From Mustelus asterias (lineage: Eukaryota), in assembly GCF_964213995.1 (NCBI RefSeq), contig NW_027590123.1:124001-188000 (forward strand): a stretch of DNA of 64,000 nucleotides, read 5' to 3'. Below are positions 47,730 to 60,370 of the stretch, one piece after another. A model generated the notes under the pieces. It searched no databases. It had not been told where the DNA came from and saw nothing but the letters and a program-made list of their open reading frames with translations. Position numbers and translations under genes: made by a program. Every line of letters starts with the position of its first letter. Position 1 is the first letter of the stretch.

Positions 47730-47789
47730 CTAACATTCAGCCACCCAACACTCCTGATGGTGCTGATTCAGGATGAATGACAGATCCAT
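47730..47789 (-). other. 19-codon micro-ORF (MDLSFILNQHHQECWVAEC*)
   Basis: Diverged copy with the same start, length and stop. Confidence 0.55.
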
Positions 47790-48153
47790 GCTCACTGCTT
47801 CCTGTCCTGGACAGCGAGGTCGGAACAAATAGAGTTGTCCTATCTAGAGAGGCTAAATAGTCTGGGTCTGTATTCCTCGGAGTTTAGAGGAGTGAGGATG
47901 ACTTTATTCAAACATATAATTTGATTGATTTGATTCATTATTGTCACACATATTAACATACAGTGAAAAGTATTGTTTCTTGCGCACTATACAGACAAAG
48001 CATACCATTCATAGAGAAGGAAACAAGAGAGTGCAGAATGTAGTGTTACAGTCTGTAGAGAAAGGTGTAGAGAAAGAGCAACCTAATGCAAGGTAAGTCC
48101 ATTCAAAAGTCTGACAGCAGCAGGGACAGAAGCTGTTCTTGAGTCGCTTGACA

Positions 48154-48501
48154 GGGGCGGCACGATAGCACAGTGCTTAGCACTGCTGCTTCACGGCTCC
48201 AAGGACCTGGGTTCGATTCCTAGCTTGGGTCACTGTCTGTATGGAGTTTGCACATTCTCCTCGTGTCTGCGTGGGTTTCCTCCAGGTGCTCCGGTTTCCT
48301 CCCACAGTCCAAAGATGTGCGGGTTAGGTTGATTGACCATGATAAAAATTGCCCCTTAGAGTCCTGAGATGCGTATGCTAGAGGGATTAGCGGGTAAATA
48401 TGTAGGGATATAGGGGTAGGGCCTGGGTGGGATTGTGGTCGGTGTAGACTCGATGGGCCGAATGGCCTCTTTCTGTACTGTAGGGTTTCTATGTTTCTAT
48501 G
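48154..48501 (+). mobile_element. V-SINE (HE1-like) beside a Rex1-type tail (47920-48150, -)
   Basis: tRNA head, V-domain and CR1 tail. Confidence 0.85.
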
Positions 48502-48849
48502 AAGTTAAAGGGCCAGTCATTTAAAACTGAGGTGCGGTGAAATTTCTTCTCACAGAGGGTGGTGAATCTCTGGAATTCTCTGCTCCAAAGGATGGTAGAG
48601 GCTGAATCATTAGAAATATTTAAAATGGAGGTGGATAAATATTTGATAGATTGAGGAATAGAGGGCGATGGGGAAATGGCTCACAGAAGGAGGCCGGCAT
48701 TGATGAGCCAGGATTGTACTGAATGGCAGGGTCGCTTGAAGGGCCTGGTGGCCTCTCCTGCTTCTATTTCTTGTGATCAGTTGCTGCAAGTCCCCAATTT
48801 CCCCCAGAATGAGAAAAGAAATGGAAAGGGGGAGAAAATAAAGTGTTTT

Positions 48850-49600
48850 ACTCACAGATGTTGGTCTCTTTTAAGGTCAAACCAAATAAACAAACAGGAG
48901 GAAGTTTCAGTCAGTCTGAAGCGCAATCTTCTTTCACACAAAGCCCGTCCTGTGATTGGCTGGAGGACCAGAGTCCTTCCGGTCCTCCAATTCTTCCCAT
49001 TGGTCAACACCTCAGCGTGAAGGTCAGGGGGCGGGCTCTCCCCTGCACATGCGCGGTTCCCCCTCTCCCTCAGGGCCGGGTGCCTGGAAACCTTGGCTCG
49101 AGGAGGTGCCGGGGGAGGGGGCACAAAGGGTGGGGACGGGGCTCCCATGTCCGGGCGTCCGGGCCTGCGCACTGGGATCCAAGGATGTTGGCGCGGAGCA
49201 GAGTGATTGCTGTTGGATTGAGTCGTCACAATGACTCCGAGGGGCGTTCCCAGCACACAGTGTCCCATTGGCAGCAATATCACTGGTTACAGAAGCAGCA
49301 CACTGCGGATTGGGCACCAGCTCAGCGCGGCTGGCGGTCAAAGCCCCGCCCACCCCCACGTGGGCCCGGGTTCCGCCCCCTTATTGTCTACATGCGGCAG
49401 ATTGACCAATGGCAATGCGTGGAGGACCAGATCAGCCCTGGTCCTCCAGCCAGTCAGAGTCTGGGCCTTGTGTCAATGGCTGCACGAATGTTCCTCCATT
49501 GTTTGTCCAGAAAACTGCTGCCCATCCTCCTCCTCTCTCTGAACAAAGATTGAGCTTCAGATAGATTCAAACTTCCTCCTGTGGCCAACATCTGTGAGTA
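48850..49600. promoter_or_regulatory. Bidirectional CpG promoter and first exons of ZNF-8 (-) and ZNF-9 (+)
   Basis: Mirror-image GTGAGT donors (48855-48850 on -, 49594-49599 on +); two opposed CCAAT-dyad modules (48961, 49420); GC boxes. Confidence 0.8.
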
Positions 49601-50010
49601 AAACACTTTCTTTTTGCATTCTGGGAAAAATTGGGGACTTGCAGCAACTGAAGGGAAAGGAAATGAATCCAGTCTGTACATTTCACACATTTTTAGTCCA
49701 GTGATTTGATTTATTATTGTCAAGTGTATTAACATACAGTGAAAAGTATTGTTTCTTGCGCACTATGCAGACAAAGCATACCGTACAGAGGGAAGGAAAG
49801 GAGAGAGTGCAGAATGTAGTGTTACAGTCACAACTAGGGTGCAGAGAGAATCGAGGTTTCAAAGCATAGAACAAGTGTCAGAGATAAAATTAGATGGTAT
49901 GCTTGGCACAGCTTGCAAGAAGTCACCTCGCTCCGGTGCCATCTTGAGTATATCTGTCTGGCAGCCTGCATGGAGATTTTCAACTGTGTCCAGGACAGGA
50001 AGTAGTGAAC

Positions 50011-50070
50011 ATGGATCTGTCAATCAGCCTCAATCAGCACCTTCAGGAGAATTGGGAGGGTGAATATTAG
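50011..50070 (+). other. 19-codon micro-ORF (MDLSISLNQHLQENWEGEY*)
   Basis: ATG in AACATGG; identical to 8162-8221. Confidence 0.6.
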
Positions 50071-50505
50071 ATACAGCAGAGTGAGAATGGAGGGAGAGTG
50101 TGTATGGGATGGAGATTTAGAGCTTCTGGGGATTGAGAATTGTTAGTTCTGAATTTCTATCCTGTACTGACCGTGATGGCATTTGTAAACTACATTTACA
50201 GGATATTGTGACAGGAGCATTTACTGACAGAAATCTCAGACGTGACGTTCTAGATTTGACAGAGTCACTTGATTCCTTGGGACCTGAATATCATCGGTCT
50301 TTGAATCTAGAAGGAGGAATGTTTGCCCAGTCTCACCCAAGTGAGAGTGTTCCAGTGCACTAACTGTGGAAAGAATATCAACCAGTTACAGAGGCTGAAA
50401 AACCATCACACCATTCATAGCGGGGACAGACTGTACATGTGTTTGTTGTGTCGATGAGGCTTCAACTGTTAAACTGACCTGGATTGATACAGCGAGACCT
50501 AAAAC

Positions 50506-51432
50506 ATGAAGAAACCGTGGAAATGTGGGGACTGTGAGAAGACATTCAAAGCTCCATCAGAGCTGGAAAACCATTGGCGCATTCACACTGGAGAGAGGCC
50601 ATTCATCTGCTCTCAGTGTGGGAAGGGATTCACTCAGTCAACCACCCTGCAGAGACACCAGCAAGTTCACACTGGGGAGAGGCCATTCATCTGCTCTCAG
50701 TGTGGGAAGGGATTCACTCAGTCAACCACCCTGCAGAGACACCAGCAAGTTCACACTGGGGAGAGGCCATTCACCTGCTCTCAGTGTGGGAAGGGATTCA
50801 CTCTGTCATCACACCTGTTGAGACACAAGCAAGTTCACACAGGGGAGAGGCCATTCACCTGCTCTCAGTGTGGTAAAGGATTCAGTAATTCATTCAACCT
50901 TCAGACACACCAGCGAGTTCACACTGGGGAGAGACCATTCACCTGTTCTCAATGTGGGAAGCGATTCAGTGATTCATCCAACCTGCAGACACACCAGCGA
51001 ATTCACACTGGGGAGAGACCGTTCATCTGCTCTCAGTGTGGGAAGGGATTCACTCTTTTATGCAACCTGTTAAGACACAAGCGAGTTCACACCGGAGAGA
51101 AGCCATTCACCTGCTCTCATTGTGGGAAAGGATTCAGTGATTCTTCCGGCATGCAGACCCACCAGCGAGTTCACACTGGGGAGAGACCATTCATCTGCTC
51201 TGACTGTGGGAAGGGATTCACTCTGTCATCCCACCTGTTGAGACACCAGCGAGTTCACACCAGTGAGTGGCCCTTCTCCTGCTCTCGGTGTGGGAAGGGA
51301 TTTAATGATTCATCCAACCTGGAGAGACACCAGCGAGTTCACACTGGGGAGAGGCCATTCACCTGCTCTCAGTGTGGGAAGGGATTCACTCTTTTATCCA
51401 TCCTGTTGAGACACAAGCGAGTTCACAAGTGA
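50506..51432 (+). CDS. C2H2 zinc-finger protein ZNF-9 (11 fingers)
   Basis: MKKPWKC start; 308 aa; exon start at 50202 after TACTGAC...TTTACAG. Confidence 0.9.
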   Translation: MKKPWKCGDCEKTFKAPSELENHWRIHTGERPFICSQCGKGFTQSTTLQRHQQVHTGERPFICSQCGKGFTQSTTLQRHQQVHTGERPFTCSQCGKGFTLSSHLLRHKQVHTGERPFTCSQCGKGFSNSFNLQTHQRVHTGERPFTCSQCGKRFSDSSNLQTHQRIHTGERPFICSQCGKGFTLLCNLLRHKRVHTGEKPFTCSHCGKGFSDSSGMQTHQRVHTGERPFICSDCGKGFTLSSHLLRHQRVHTSEWPFSCSRCGKGFNDSSNLERHQRVHTGERPFTCSQCGKGFTLLSILLRHKRVHK

Positions 51433-52234
51433 TTACAGGTGCTGGAATCTGATATTATTTCCACTCTCAATTATCTCCAGGACTGCATATTGTTCATTCT
51501 CAATGGGGAGGATTACTTGATGTTGGACTGGCCGGTCTCACGACTTTGCCTCCAGTGGGCTGATGCTCTTTGAGTCTTGTTGCAAATACCTGCTTTCAGA
51601 CTTTACAAGGATCACAGAATGAAAGGGTGTTAGGAAGTTAAGAGATATTTAGTTCTTATTTCTGTTTGGAACCCCCAAAGCATGCCACATTGCCATGGAG
51701 ATGGGCTGTGGTTGTTACATGGTTCTTTTGTTGAATTTACCCGAGGTGTTTCTCTCAGAAGCGATTTTAGACCAGGGGTAGGCCACTTGGCTCCTTGATC
51801 CTGCTCCACCAAGACTGAGGTTCTTGAGCAAATTGACATAGGAAAGGACAAGGCCTTTAAAATGGATAAATCTCCAGGTTCAGATGAATTGTACCCGAGG
51901 CTGCAGTGGGAGTCAAGGGAGGAGATTGCAGGGACTCAGACCCAAATTTTCAATTCCTCTCTGGCGACGGGACAGGTGCCAGACGACTGGAGAACAGCTA
52001 ATGTGGTTCCGCTATTTAAGGAGAATTGTAGAGACAAACCAGGCAACTACAGACCAGTGAGCCACACGTCAGTGGTAGGGAAACTATTGAAGAAACCTCT
52101 GAAGGAAAGTATCTATCTCCATTTGGAGAGGGAAAGCTTGATCAGGGATAGTCAGCATAGCTTCGTCAGAGGAAGGTCATGCCTAACAAATTTGATTGAA
52201 TTTTTTGAGGAGGTGACCAGATGTGTCAACGAGG

Positions 52235-53089
52235 TATGGAAGGGGATCCCTAATCAACCAATAAGATTTAGAGGCAGAATGCAGTCTTTAAGAGGACAGG
52301 AAATCAGTAAAGAGTTAAATGATTATTGGGCAAGCTAAAACAGTTTACACATATGTAAATGCAGAAAGTGAATCAAAACAAGTAATTATTATTTAAAACA
52401 TATACGCTAATATTTTAAATGTATTTTAATGTATTGTACACTTTGGTCAAGCAAAGGTACCAAAAGGCATGGTGGTAAATGACATTAGTTTAAAGTCAAA
52501 GGTCTGGGAACTGGTTAATCAGCAATTGTCTTATCGGGTGGGATTCCAATGAGGGTACGTATTCTGCAACATTTATGAATAGATGTATTCACTGCCCAGA
52601 CACAAGGATAGACATGCCCCTGGATGCAGGATCACATGTCCATTCAACTTGGCAGTGAGCTGGAGGGAACGTCCTTGAGGTAGCGTCTGCTGTTACCAGG
52701 CAACAGAGATGTAGTTAGAGCCAAAAAGGGAAAGACGTCCGGATTTGAAGGACGAATAGAATCTCACCATGATATTAAGTATCATATGGTTGGCTGAGGT
52801 ACTTGACAGAGATTTGTATTGATGTATGACTGGTAAACAAAATTGATTTTAAGCTAATGAATTCATTATGAAAAAGTATAATTGATCTTTATTTGATTCT
52901 GTACTTCAGATCTTTCAGAGTGGTTCTATGGCTCTATTCCTTCGAGCTATTTAAACCTTTTGGAAGTCTCCGGTCAGCTGTGCTTTTGTTTTCTTTTGTT
53001 TTATGTTCAATAAATTTTGTTACATCTTTGTGAGTTTTGAATTGTCTAAGTTAAGTCACAATTGGCCGCCTTGAAATTTCCCCACAACA
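52235..53089 (+). mobile_element. Putative solo LTR (855 bp)
   Basis: Interrupts the CR1 RT; 5-bp TSD CGAGG; ends ...ACA; TATAA at ~52877 and AATAAA at 53009; starts TA rather than TG. Confidence 0.65.
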
Positions 53090-53238
53090 CGAGGGTAGTG
53101 CAGTCGATGTAGTTTGTATGGATTTCAGCAAAGCCTTTGACAATGTCCCACATGGGAGACTTGTAAAGAAGGTATATTCACATGGGATCCAGGGTAATTT
53201 GATAAAGTGGATTCAAAATTGGCTCAGTTGTAGGACAC

Positions 53239-54312
53239 AGTAAGAGTTTTAACAACACCAGGTTCAAGTCCAACAGGTTTATTAGCTTTCAGAGCGCTGC
53301 TCCTTCATCAGATGGAGTGGATATCTGCTCTCAAACAGGGCACAGAGACACAAAATCAAGTTACAGAATACTGATTAGAATACGAATCTCTACAGCCAAC
53401 CAGGTCTCAAAGATACGGACAATGTGAGAGGAGGGAGCATTAGGGAGTTGTTTGAAGGTTGTTTGCCTTCAAACAACCACACAATCTCAAACAGACCATT
53501 GTCCGCAGCAAACTACCCAGCCTTCAGGAGAACAGTGACCACGGCACCACACAACCCTGCCACAGCAACCTCTGCAAGACGTGCCAGATCATCGACACGT
53601 ATGCCATCATCTCACGTGAGAACACCATCTACCAGGCACACGGTACCTACTCTTGCAACTCGGCCAATGTTGTCTACCTGATACGCTGCAGGAAAGGATG
53701 TCCCGAGGCATGGTGCATTGGGGAAACCATGCAGACGCTATGACAACGGATGAATGAACACCGCTCGACAGGCAAGACTGTTGTCTTCCTGTGGGGGAGC
53801 ACTTCAGCGGTCACGGGCATTCAGCCTCTGATCTTCGGGTAAGCGTTCTCCAAGGCGGCTTTCATGACACACGACAGCGCAGAGTCGCTGAGCAGAAACT
53901 GATAGCCAAGTTCCGCACACATGAGGACGGCCTAAACCGGGATCTTGGGTTTATGTCACACTATCGGTAACCCCCACAGCTTGCCTCCTGGACTTGCAGA
54001 ATCTCACTGGCTGTCCTGTCTGGAGACAATACACATCTCTTTAACCTGTGCTTACTGCTCCCTCCACTCACATTGTCTGTATCTTTAAGACCTGGTTGGC
54101 TGTAGAGATTCGCATTCTAATCAGTATTCTGTAACTTGATTTTGTGTCTCTGTATGCCCTGTTTGAGAGCAGATATCCACTCCATCTGATGAAGGAGCAG
54201 CACTCCGAAAGCTAATGGCATTTGCTACCAAATAAACTTGTTGGACTTTAACCTGGTGTTGCTAAAACTCTTACTGTGTTTACCCCAGTCCAACGCCGGC
54301 ATCTCCACATCA
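53239..54312 (+). mobile_element. Penelope-like retroelement remnant (GIY-YIG endonuclease; inverted 5' and direct 3' terminal repeat)
   Basis: C.SANVVYLIRC...CIGET.QTL*QRMNEH; hammerheads at 53281-53315 (-) and 54182-54218 (+). Confidence 0.85.
54182..54218 (+). ncRNA. Minimal hammerhead ribozyme motif
   Basis: CCAT-CTGATGA-A-GGAG-cagca-CTCC-GAAA-GC-TA-ATGG. Confidence 0.7.
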
Positions 54313-55379
54313 GTTATGGGAGACAGAGGGTGATGACTGATGGCTGCTTTAGTGACTGAAAGTAGGTGTCCTTTGGCATACCACAGGGATCCGTGTTGGG
54401 TCCACTATTATTCGTCATTCATATAAATTACATAGTTATCAATGTAGGCAGTAGGATTAGTAAGTTTGCGGATGATACAAAGATTGGCCAAGTAGTTAAC
54501 AGTGAGGTTGAGTGTCTTGGGCTACAAGATGATAGAGACGAGATGGTCAAATGGGCAGATAAGTGGCAGATGGAATTTAACCCTGACAAGTGTGAGGTGA
54601 TACACTTTTTTGAAGGAGTAATTTGACAAGAAAGTATTCAATGAGTGGTCGGGCACCAGGAAGTTCTGTGGAACAAAGGGACCTTGGTGTGTTTGTCCAC
54701 AGATCTCTGAAAGTGGAAGGGCATGTCAGTAGGGTGGTGAAAAAGGCATATGGGACACTTACCTTTATCAATCGAGGCATAGATTACAAAAGCAGGAAAG
54801 TCATGTTGGAGTTGCACAGAACTTTGGTGAGGCCCCAGCTGGGGTAATGTGTGCAGTTCTGGACACCACATTATCAGCAGGATGTGATTGCACTGGAGGG
54901 GGTGCAGAGGAGATTCACCAGGATGCTGCCTGGGGTGGAACATTTAAGTTATGAAAAGAGGTTGGATAGTCTTGGGTTGTTTCTGTTAGAGCAGAGAAGA
55001 CTGAGGGGCGATCTGATCGAGGTGGACAAGATTATGAGGGACATGGACAGAGTGGATGAGGAGCAGCTGTTCCCCTAAGTTCAAGGATCAGTCACAAAGG
55101 GACACAGGTTCAAGGTGAGGCGCAGGAGGTTTAGGGGGGATGTGAGGAAAAATATTTTTGCCCAGAGGGTGGTGATGGTCTGGAATACGGTGCCTGGGAG
55201 GGAGGTAGAGGCAGGTTGCCTCACACCCTTTATCTGGATGAGCACTTGGCACATTATAACATTCAGGGCTATGGGCCAAGTGCAGGCAGATGTGATTAGA
55301 TGGGAGTTCATGTGTTTCTAATGTGTCGGAGTGGACTCGATGGGCTGAGGGACCTCTTCTGCACTTTATGGTTCTATGA

Positions 55380-57130
55380 AATTAGGAGCAGGCGTAGGCC
55401 ATTTGGTCCTTCGAGCCTCCTCCACCATTCCATGTGATCATGGCTGATCCTCTATCTCAACACCATGCTCCGTGCCCTCTCCATTCCCCTCGACACTTTT
55501 AGAGTCTAGAAATCTATCTATTTCATTCTTTAATATATTGGGTGACTTGGCCTCCACAGCTTTCTGTGGTAGAGAATTCCACAGGTTCACTACCCTCTGA
55601 GTGAAGAGGTTTCTTCTTGTCTCATTCCTAAATGGTCCACCCTGTATTCTGAGACTGTGATCCCTTGTTCCAGACACCCACAGCCAGAGGAAACAACATC
55701 CCTGCATCCAGTCTGTCCGGCCTGTCAGAATTTTATCCGTTTCACTGAAATCCTGTCTCATTCTTCTAAATTCCAGTGAATACAGGCCCAGTCAACCCAA
55801 TCTCTCCACATACGACAATCCTGCCAGCACAGGAATCATATCTGGTGAACCTTTGCTGCATTCGTCTGTGGCAAATATATCATTTCTTAGGTAAGGAGAC
55901 CAAACCTCCAGGTGTGGTCTTAACAAGGCCCTGTACAGCTACAGTGAGACATCCTTGCTCCTGTACTCATGTCCTCTTGCAATGAAGGCCAACAAACCAC
56001 TTCCCTGCCTAACTGCTTCTTGTTTTTGCATGCTTGCTTTCAGTGGCACCCAGGTCCCTTTGTCCATCAACATTTCCCAATCTATCACCTTTTAAATTAT
56101 ACTCTGCTATTCTGTTTCTCCGTCCAAAATGGATAACGTCACATTTATCCATGTTAAACTGCATCTGCCATATATTTATGAGGGGTGTTGATTATGAGGA
56201 GAGACTGAGCAGATTGGGTTTGTACTCGTTGGAATTTAGAAGGCTGAGGGGGGATCTTATAAAGACCTATAAGATAATGAAGGGGCTGGATAGGGTAGAG
56301 GTGGAGAGATTCTTTCCACTTAGAAAGGAAGCTAGAACTAGAGGGCACAGCCTCAAAATAAAGGGGGGTCAGTTTAGGACAGAGTTGAGGAGGAACTTCT
56401 TCTCTCAGAGGGTGGTGAATCTCTGGAATTGTCTGCCCATTGAAGTGGTGGAGGCTTCCTCGTTAAATATGTTTAAATCACGGATAGATGGATTCCTGAT
56501 CGGTAAGGGAATTAGGGGTTATAGGGATCAGGCGGGTAAGTAGAACTGATCCACTTCAGATCAGCCATGATCTTATTGAATGGCGGGGCAGGCTCGAGCG
56601 GCTAGATGGCCGACTCCTGCTCCTATTTCTTATGTTCTTATTTACCCATTCACTCAACTTGTCTAAATCGCCTTGAAGTCTCTTGACATCCTTCTCACCA
56701 CTCACATTCCTGCCAAGTTTCATGTCATCAGCAAACCTGGAAATATTACATTTGGTTCCTTCATCCAAATTATTGATATATATTGTGAGTAGCTGGGGTC
56801 CAAGCACTAACCCCGGCATGACCCCACCAGTCACCACCTGCCACTTTGTAAAAGATCCATTTACTCCCACTTTCTGTTTCATGTCTGCTAACCAATTCTC
56901 AATCCATACCAATATATTACTCCATTCTTTGGTCTTTAATTTTGCACACTAATCTTTTATTTGAGTCTCGATCAAAAGCTTTCTGAAAATCTAAATACAC
57001 CACATCCACTGGTTCACCTTATCTATTTTACTGATGACGTCCTCAAAAATCTCCAGTATGTTTCTCAGGCGTGATTTCTCTTTCGTAAATCCATGTTGTC
57101 TTTGTCTAATCCCTTTGATGTTTTCTAGGT
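55380..57130 (-). mobile_element. CR1 LINE (-) with a nested younger CR1 3' end (+, ~56176-56640)
   Basis: RFADD motif on -, RRLRGDLIKTYK on +. Confidence 0.8.
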
Positions 57131-57164
57131 ATTTTCAACAAATTCTGGTCTAGGATCTGAGCAT

Positions 57165-57360
57165 TCGGTGTCCCAGGGCACCATTAACACCTTCTGTGTC
57201 TGCTGGGCACCGCAGGGAGACTGGGGTGCATTCTTGACCCCTTTAATCACATTTGATTTGATGCTTTCCTTTCCTTTCCGCTTTGTCTTTTGTTTTGGGT
57301 GGTTGCCCTCCTTTTGGGAGATGCCCATTTTAATTTGTTCCCTCGTTAATTTGATTTAGT
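57165..57360 (+). mobile_element. Tx1-like LINE 3' end
   Basis: WAPQG.. motif and a 3' UTR homologous to the reverse complement of 8780-8960. Confidence 0.6.
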
Positions 57361-58030
57361 GTATTTGGTTGGCCAAAAAGATTGAATCTAAACATAAGTT
57401 TTTAGTCTAGCAGTTTACATCTAGATTTTCAGGGCTGCATCCTCGACAAGAAGCAGTGAGCATGGAGCTGTCAATCAGCATGAATTGTCACTCTCTGGGG
57501 AATTGGGAGGCTGAACATTGGGACAGCAGAGTGAGAACAGAGAGGGAATCTGTGGGATGGAGATTTACAACTTTACTTAGAATGAGAGAGGAAAGAATGT
57601 TCCACAGAAACTAGAATTGACTGTTCCGAATTTCTATTCCAACTGACGGTGATGACTTTTGTAAACTCCTTTTGCAGGACATTAGGAAGCAGAAAATTCA
57701 AAGCAGACGTCATGTCAAGACCAACCAGAATCACTCACTTCACTAGGAGCTGAATATCATCGGCCTTTGACTCTCAAAGGATAAATGTTTGTCTGTTCAG
57801 TTTGCTTCAAAAGATTTGAAACACCAGTGTGATTGGAAAAGCACCAAGACCCGCTGCACACACCCGAGTGAGAGTGTTCCAGTGAACTGACTGTGGAAGA
57901 GTTTAAAGTGGTGACAGAGTCTGTTAAAACCTCGCACCATTCACAATGCGGAGAGATAGTACATGTGTTTTGTGTTGATGAGGTTTTAGCTGATCCTTGA
58001 ACTTGGGAGAGGCACAAGGACACCTGCAGT

Positions 58031-58537
58031 GTGGAGAAACGGTGGAAATGTGGGGACTGTGGGAGGGGATTTTGTACACCCTCTGCACTGGAAACTCATC
58101 AACGCAGTCATGTCGGAGAGAGGCCGTTCACCTGCTCGGACTGTGGGAAGGGATTTGCGCAGCTGTCCAACTTACTGAGACATCAGCGAGTTCACACTGG
58201 GGAGAGACCGTTCACCTGTTCTGACTGTGGGAAGGGATTCAGTGATTCATCCAACCTGCAGTCACACCAGCGAATTCACACTGGGGAGAGGCCGTTCACC
58301 TGCAATGAGTGTGGGAAGGGATTCAGTCATTTATCTAATTTGCTGAGGCACCAGCGAGCTGACAGCAGGGAGAGAACTGCCACCTGCTCTCAGTGTGAGA
58401 AACGATTCCGTGATTCGTACACCCTGCGCTTACACCAGCGAGTTCACACTGGGGAGAGGCCATTCACCTGCTCCGACTGTGGTAAAGGATTCACTCAGTT
58501 ATCCAACCTGCTGAGACACCAGCAAATCCATAAGTGA
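58031..58537 (+). pseudogene. ZNF-10 (6 fingers; start changed to GTG; finger 4 lacks its last His)
   Basis: CAGTGTGGAGAAAC in place of CACCATGGAGAAAC; HQRADS; no CpG promoter directly upstream. Confidence 0.6.
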
Positions 58538-58819
58538 TGACAGGAATTGGATTCTGCTGTTACTGCTGCTGTTAATCGCATCCAGGACTGAACCATGTTC
58601 ATTCAGACAGTGGGTGAAGTGGGAGGGTCAGAGGGTTTCTCTCTGTTGGACTGGCCGCTCTCATGACTTTGGATCCAATGGGCTGATGCACTTTGAGCCT
58701 GGGAGTGCACACTTCCACAAAATGATCCACAAAAACTAATGGAATGTTTTACCCTGGATAATAAATAGTGTTTTTCTACCACTACAGGTTGATCTAAAAT
58801 AAATACATTTGTCTCTGTT

Positions 58820-60370
58820 CCATTGAGTCTGCAGCACAGGGCCAGGCCAGTCGGCCCAATTGGTCTATGTCAGTATTTATGCTCCACATGAGCCTCCACC
58901 CACCCCCCTCCATCTCCCCCATCAGCATATCTTTCTATTCCTTTCTCCCTCCTGTATGTATCCAGCTTCCCCTTCAATGTATTCATGCTGTTCACCTCAA
59001 CCACTCGCTGTGATAGTGAGTTCCACATTCTCACCACTCGCTGGTAAAGAGGTTTCTCACTGAACTCCCTATTGGATTATTGAACCCCTTCATAATCTTA
59101 AAGACTTCCATCAGGTCACCCTTCAGTTTTCTCTTTTCTAGAGAAAAGCGGCCCCAGCCTTTCCTGAGGGTTAAATGCTCTCAGTTCTGGGATTATTCTT
59201 GTGAATCTTTGTTGCCCCTTCTCCAGTGCCTCTATTACACTTTTCGAAATGGAGATTATGAATGTTGACAGTGCTCCCAGTGTAGTCTAACTCTGGCTCT
59301 GAACCAGTTGAACAGAACCTCCCTGCTTTTCAATTCTATCCCTCTAGAATGGAACCCTGTATATGGGCCATTGAAGGAAAGTTCTTTGAGAGGCTGGAGA
59401 GTGGATTTATAAGAATGGCACCAGGGATGAGGGATTGGAAATCTTGAAATTTCTCTCCTTAAATCAGAGAGTCATTAGTGTAAGAAATGAGGCCATTCAC
59501 CTGCTGAATCTGTGCCAGCTCTGGAGAGCAAACCAGTCAGTCCCATTGTCCCAATATATCCCCGTAACCCTGGAAGTTTATTTCCCACAACTTCATTCCC
59601 AAAATGTTTGTTTTCTCTCCTTCCATTCCCCTCATGGGCAGAGTGTTCCAGGTCATTGCCACTCGCAGTGTAAAAATATTCTTCCTCACAGCCCCCTTAC
59701 ATTTCTTGACCAAAATCTTCAATCTGTGCCCCCTCCTCCTTGCACCATCGGCTAATAGGAACAGGTTTTCTTTGTTCACCTTGTCTAAACATAAACTTCT
59801 GCACCTCCATCAAATCACCCTGCAACCCCCTTTTCTCCAGAAAGAACAAGCCCACTTTCTCCAACCTAACCTTGTAGCTACAATAGAAACAAAATGCTTG
59901 GGTTCAGGGGAATGGCACCAAGCCATAATGCTCCTTTGGAGAGCTGGTGCAGATGCGATGGGCCAAATAGCCTCCTCCTCCCCCTTAACAATTCTGCAAT
60001 TCCTCAACCCTGGAACCATTCTGGTAAATCTCCTCTGCACCCTCTCAATGACCCTCACACCCTAAAGTGCAGTGACCAAAACTGGACATAAAACTCTAGT
60101 TGTGGCCTAACCAGAGTTTTATAAACATTCAGCATACCTTTGCTGCCTTTGTAATCAATATTTTTATATCTGAAGCCCAAGATCCCATTTGTTTTGCTGA
60201 TTTTTCTCCTGATAGCTCTGCAAACCTTCAATGAGCTCTGCACATGAATCCCCAGTTCCCTCTGTCCCTGCTCATTCTTTAGAACTTGTCATTCAGTCTA
60301 TATTCCCTCTCCCTGTCCCTTGTGCCAAATCACATCCGTTACACTTGTCCTTATTCAATTCTATCTGCCA
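58820..60370 (-). mobile_element. Degenerate CR1 fragments
   Basis: ERVQRRFTRMVPG and LVRPQLE...QFWS motifs. Confidence 0.7.

Larger units (their letters stand above)
51850..55380 (+). mobile_element. CR1 LINE split by a solo LTR and a Penelope element
   Basis: RT motifs are collinear across ~51850-52234, 53095-53238 and 54313-55380. Confidence 0.8.

Noticed and set aside
49231-49542. Similar ORFs at 49231-49542 and 3287-3568 as a conserved protein
   Set aside because: They lie in duplicated GC-rich promoter DNA where stops are rare, and their ends differ; there is no coding evidence
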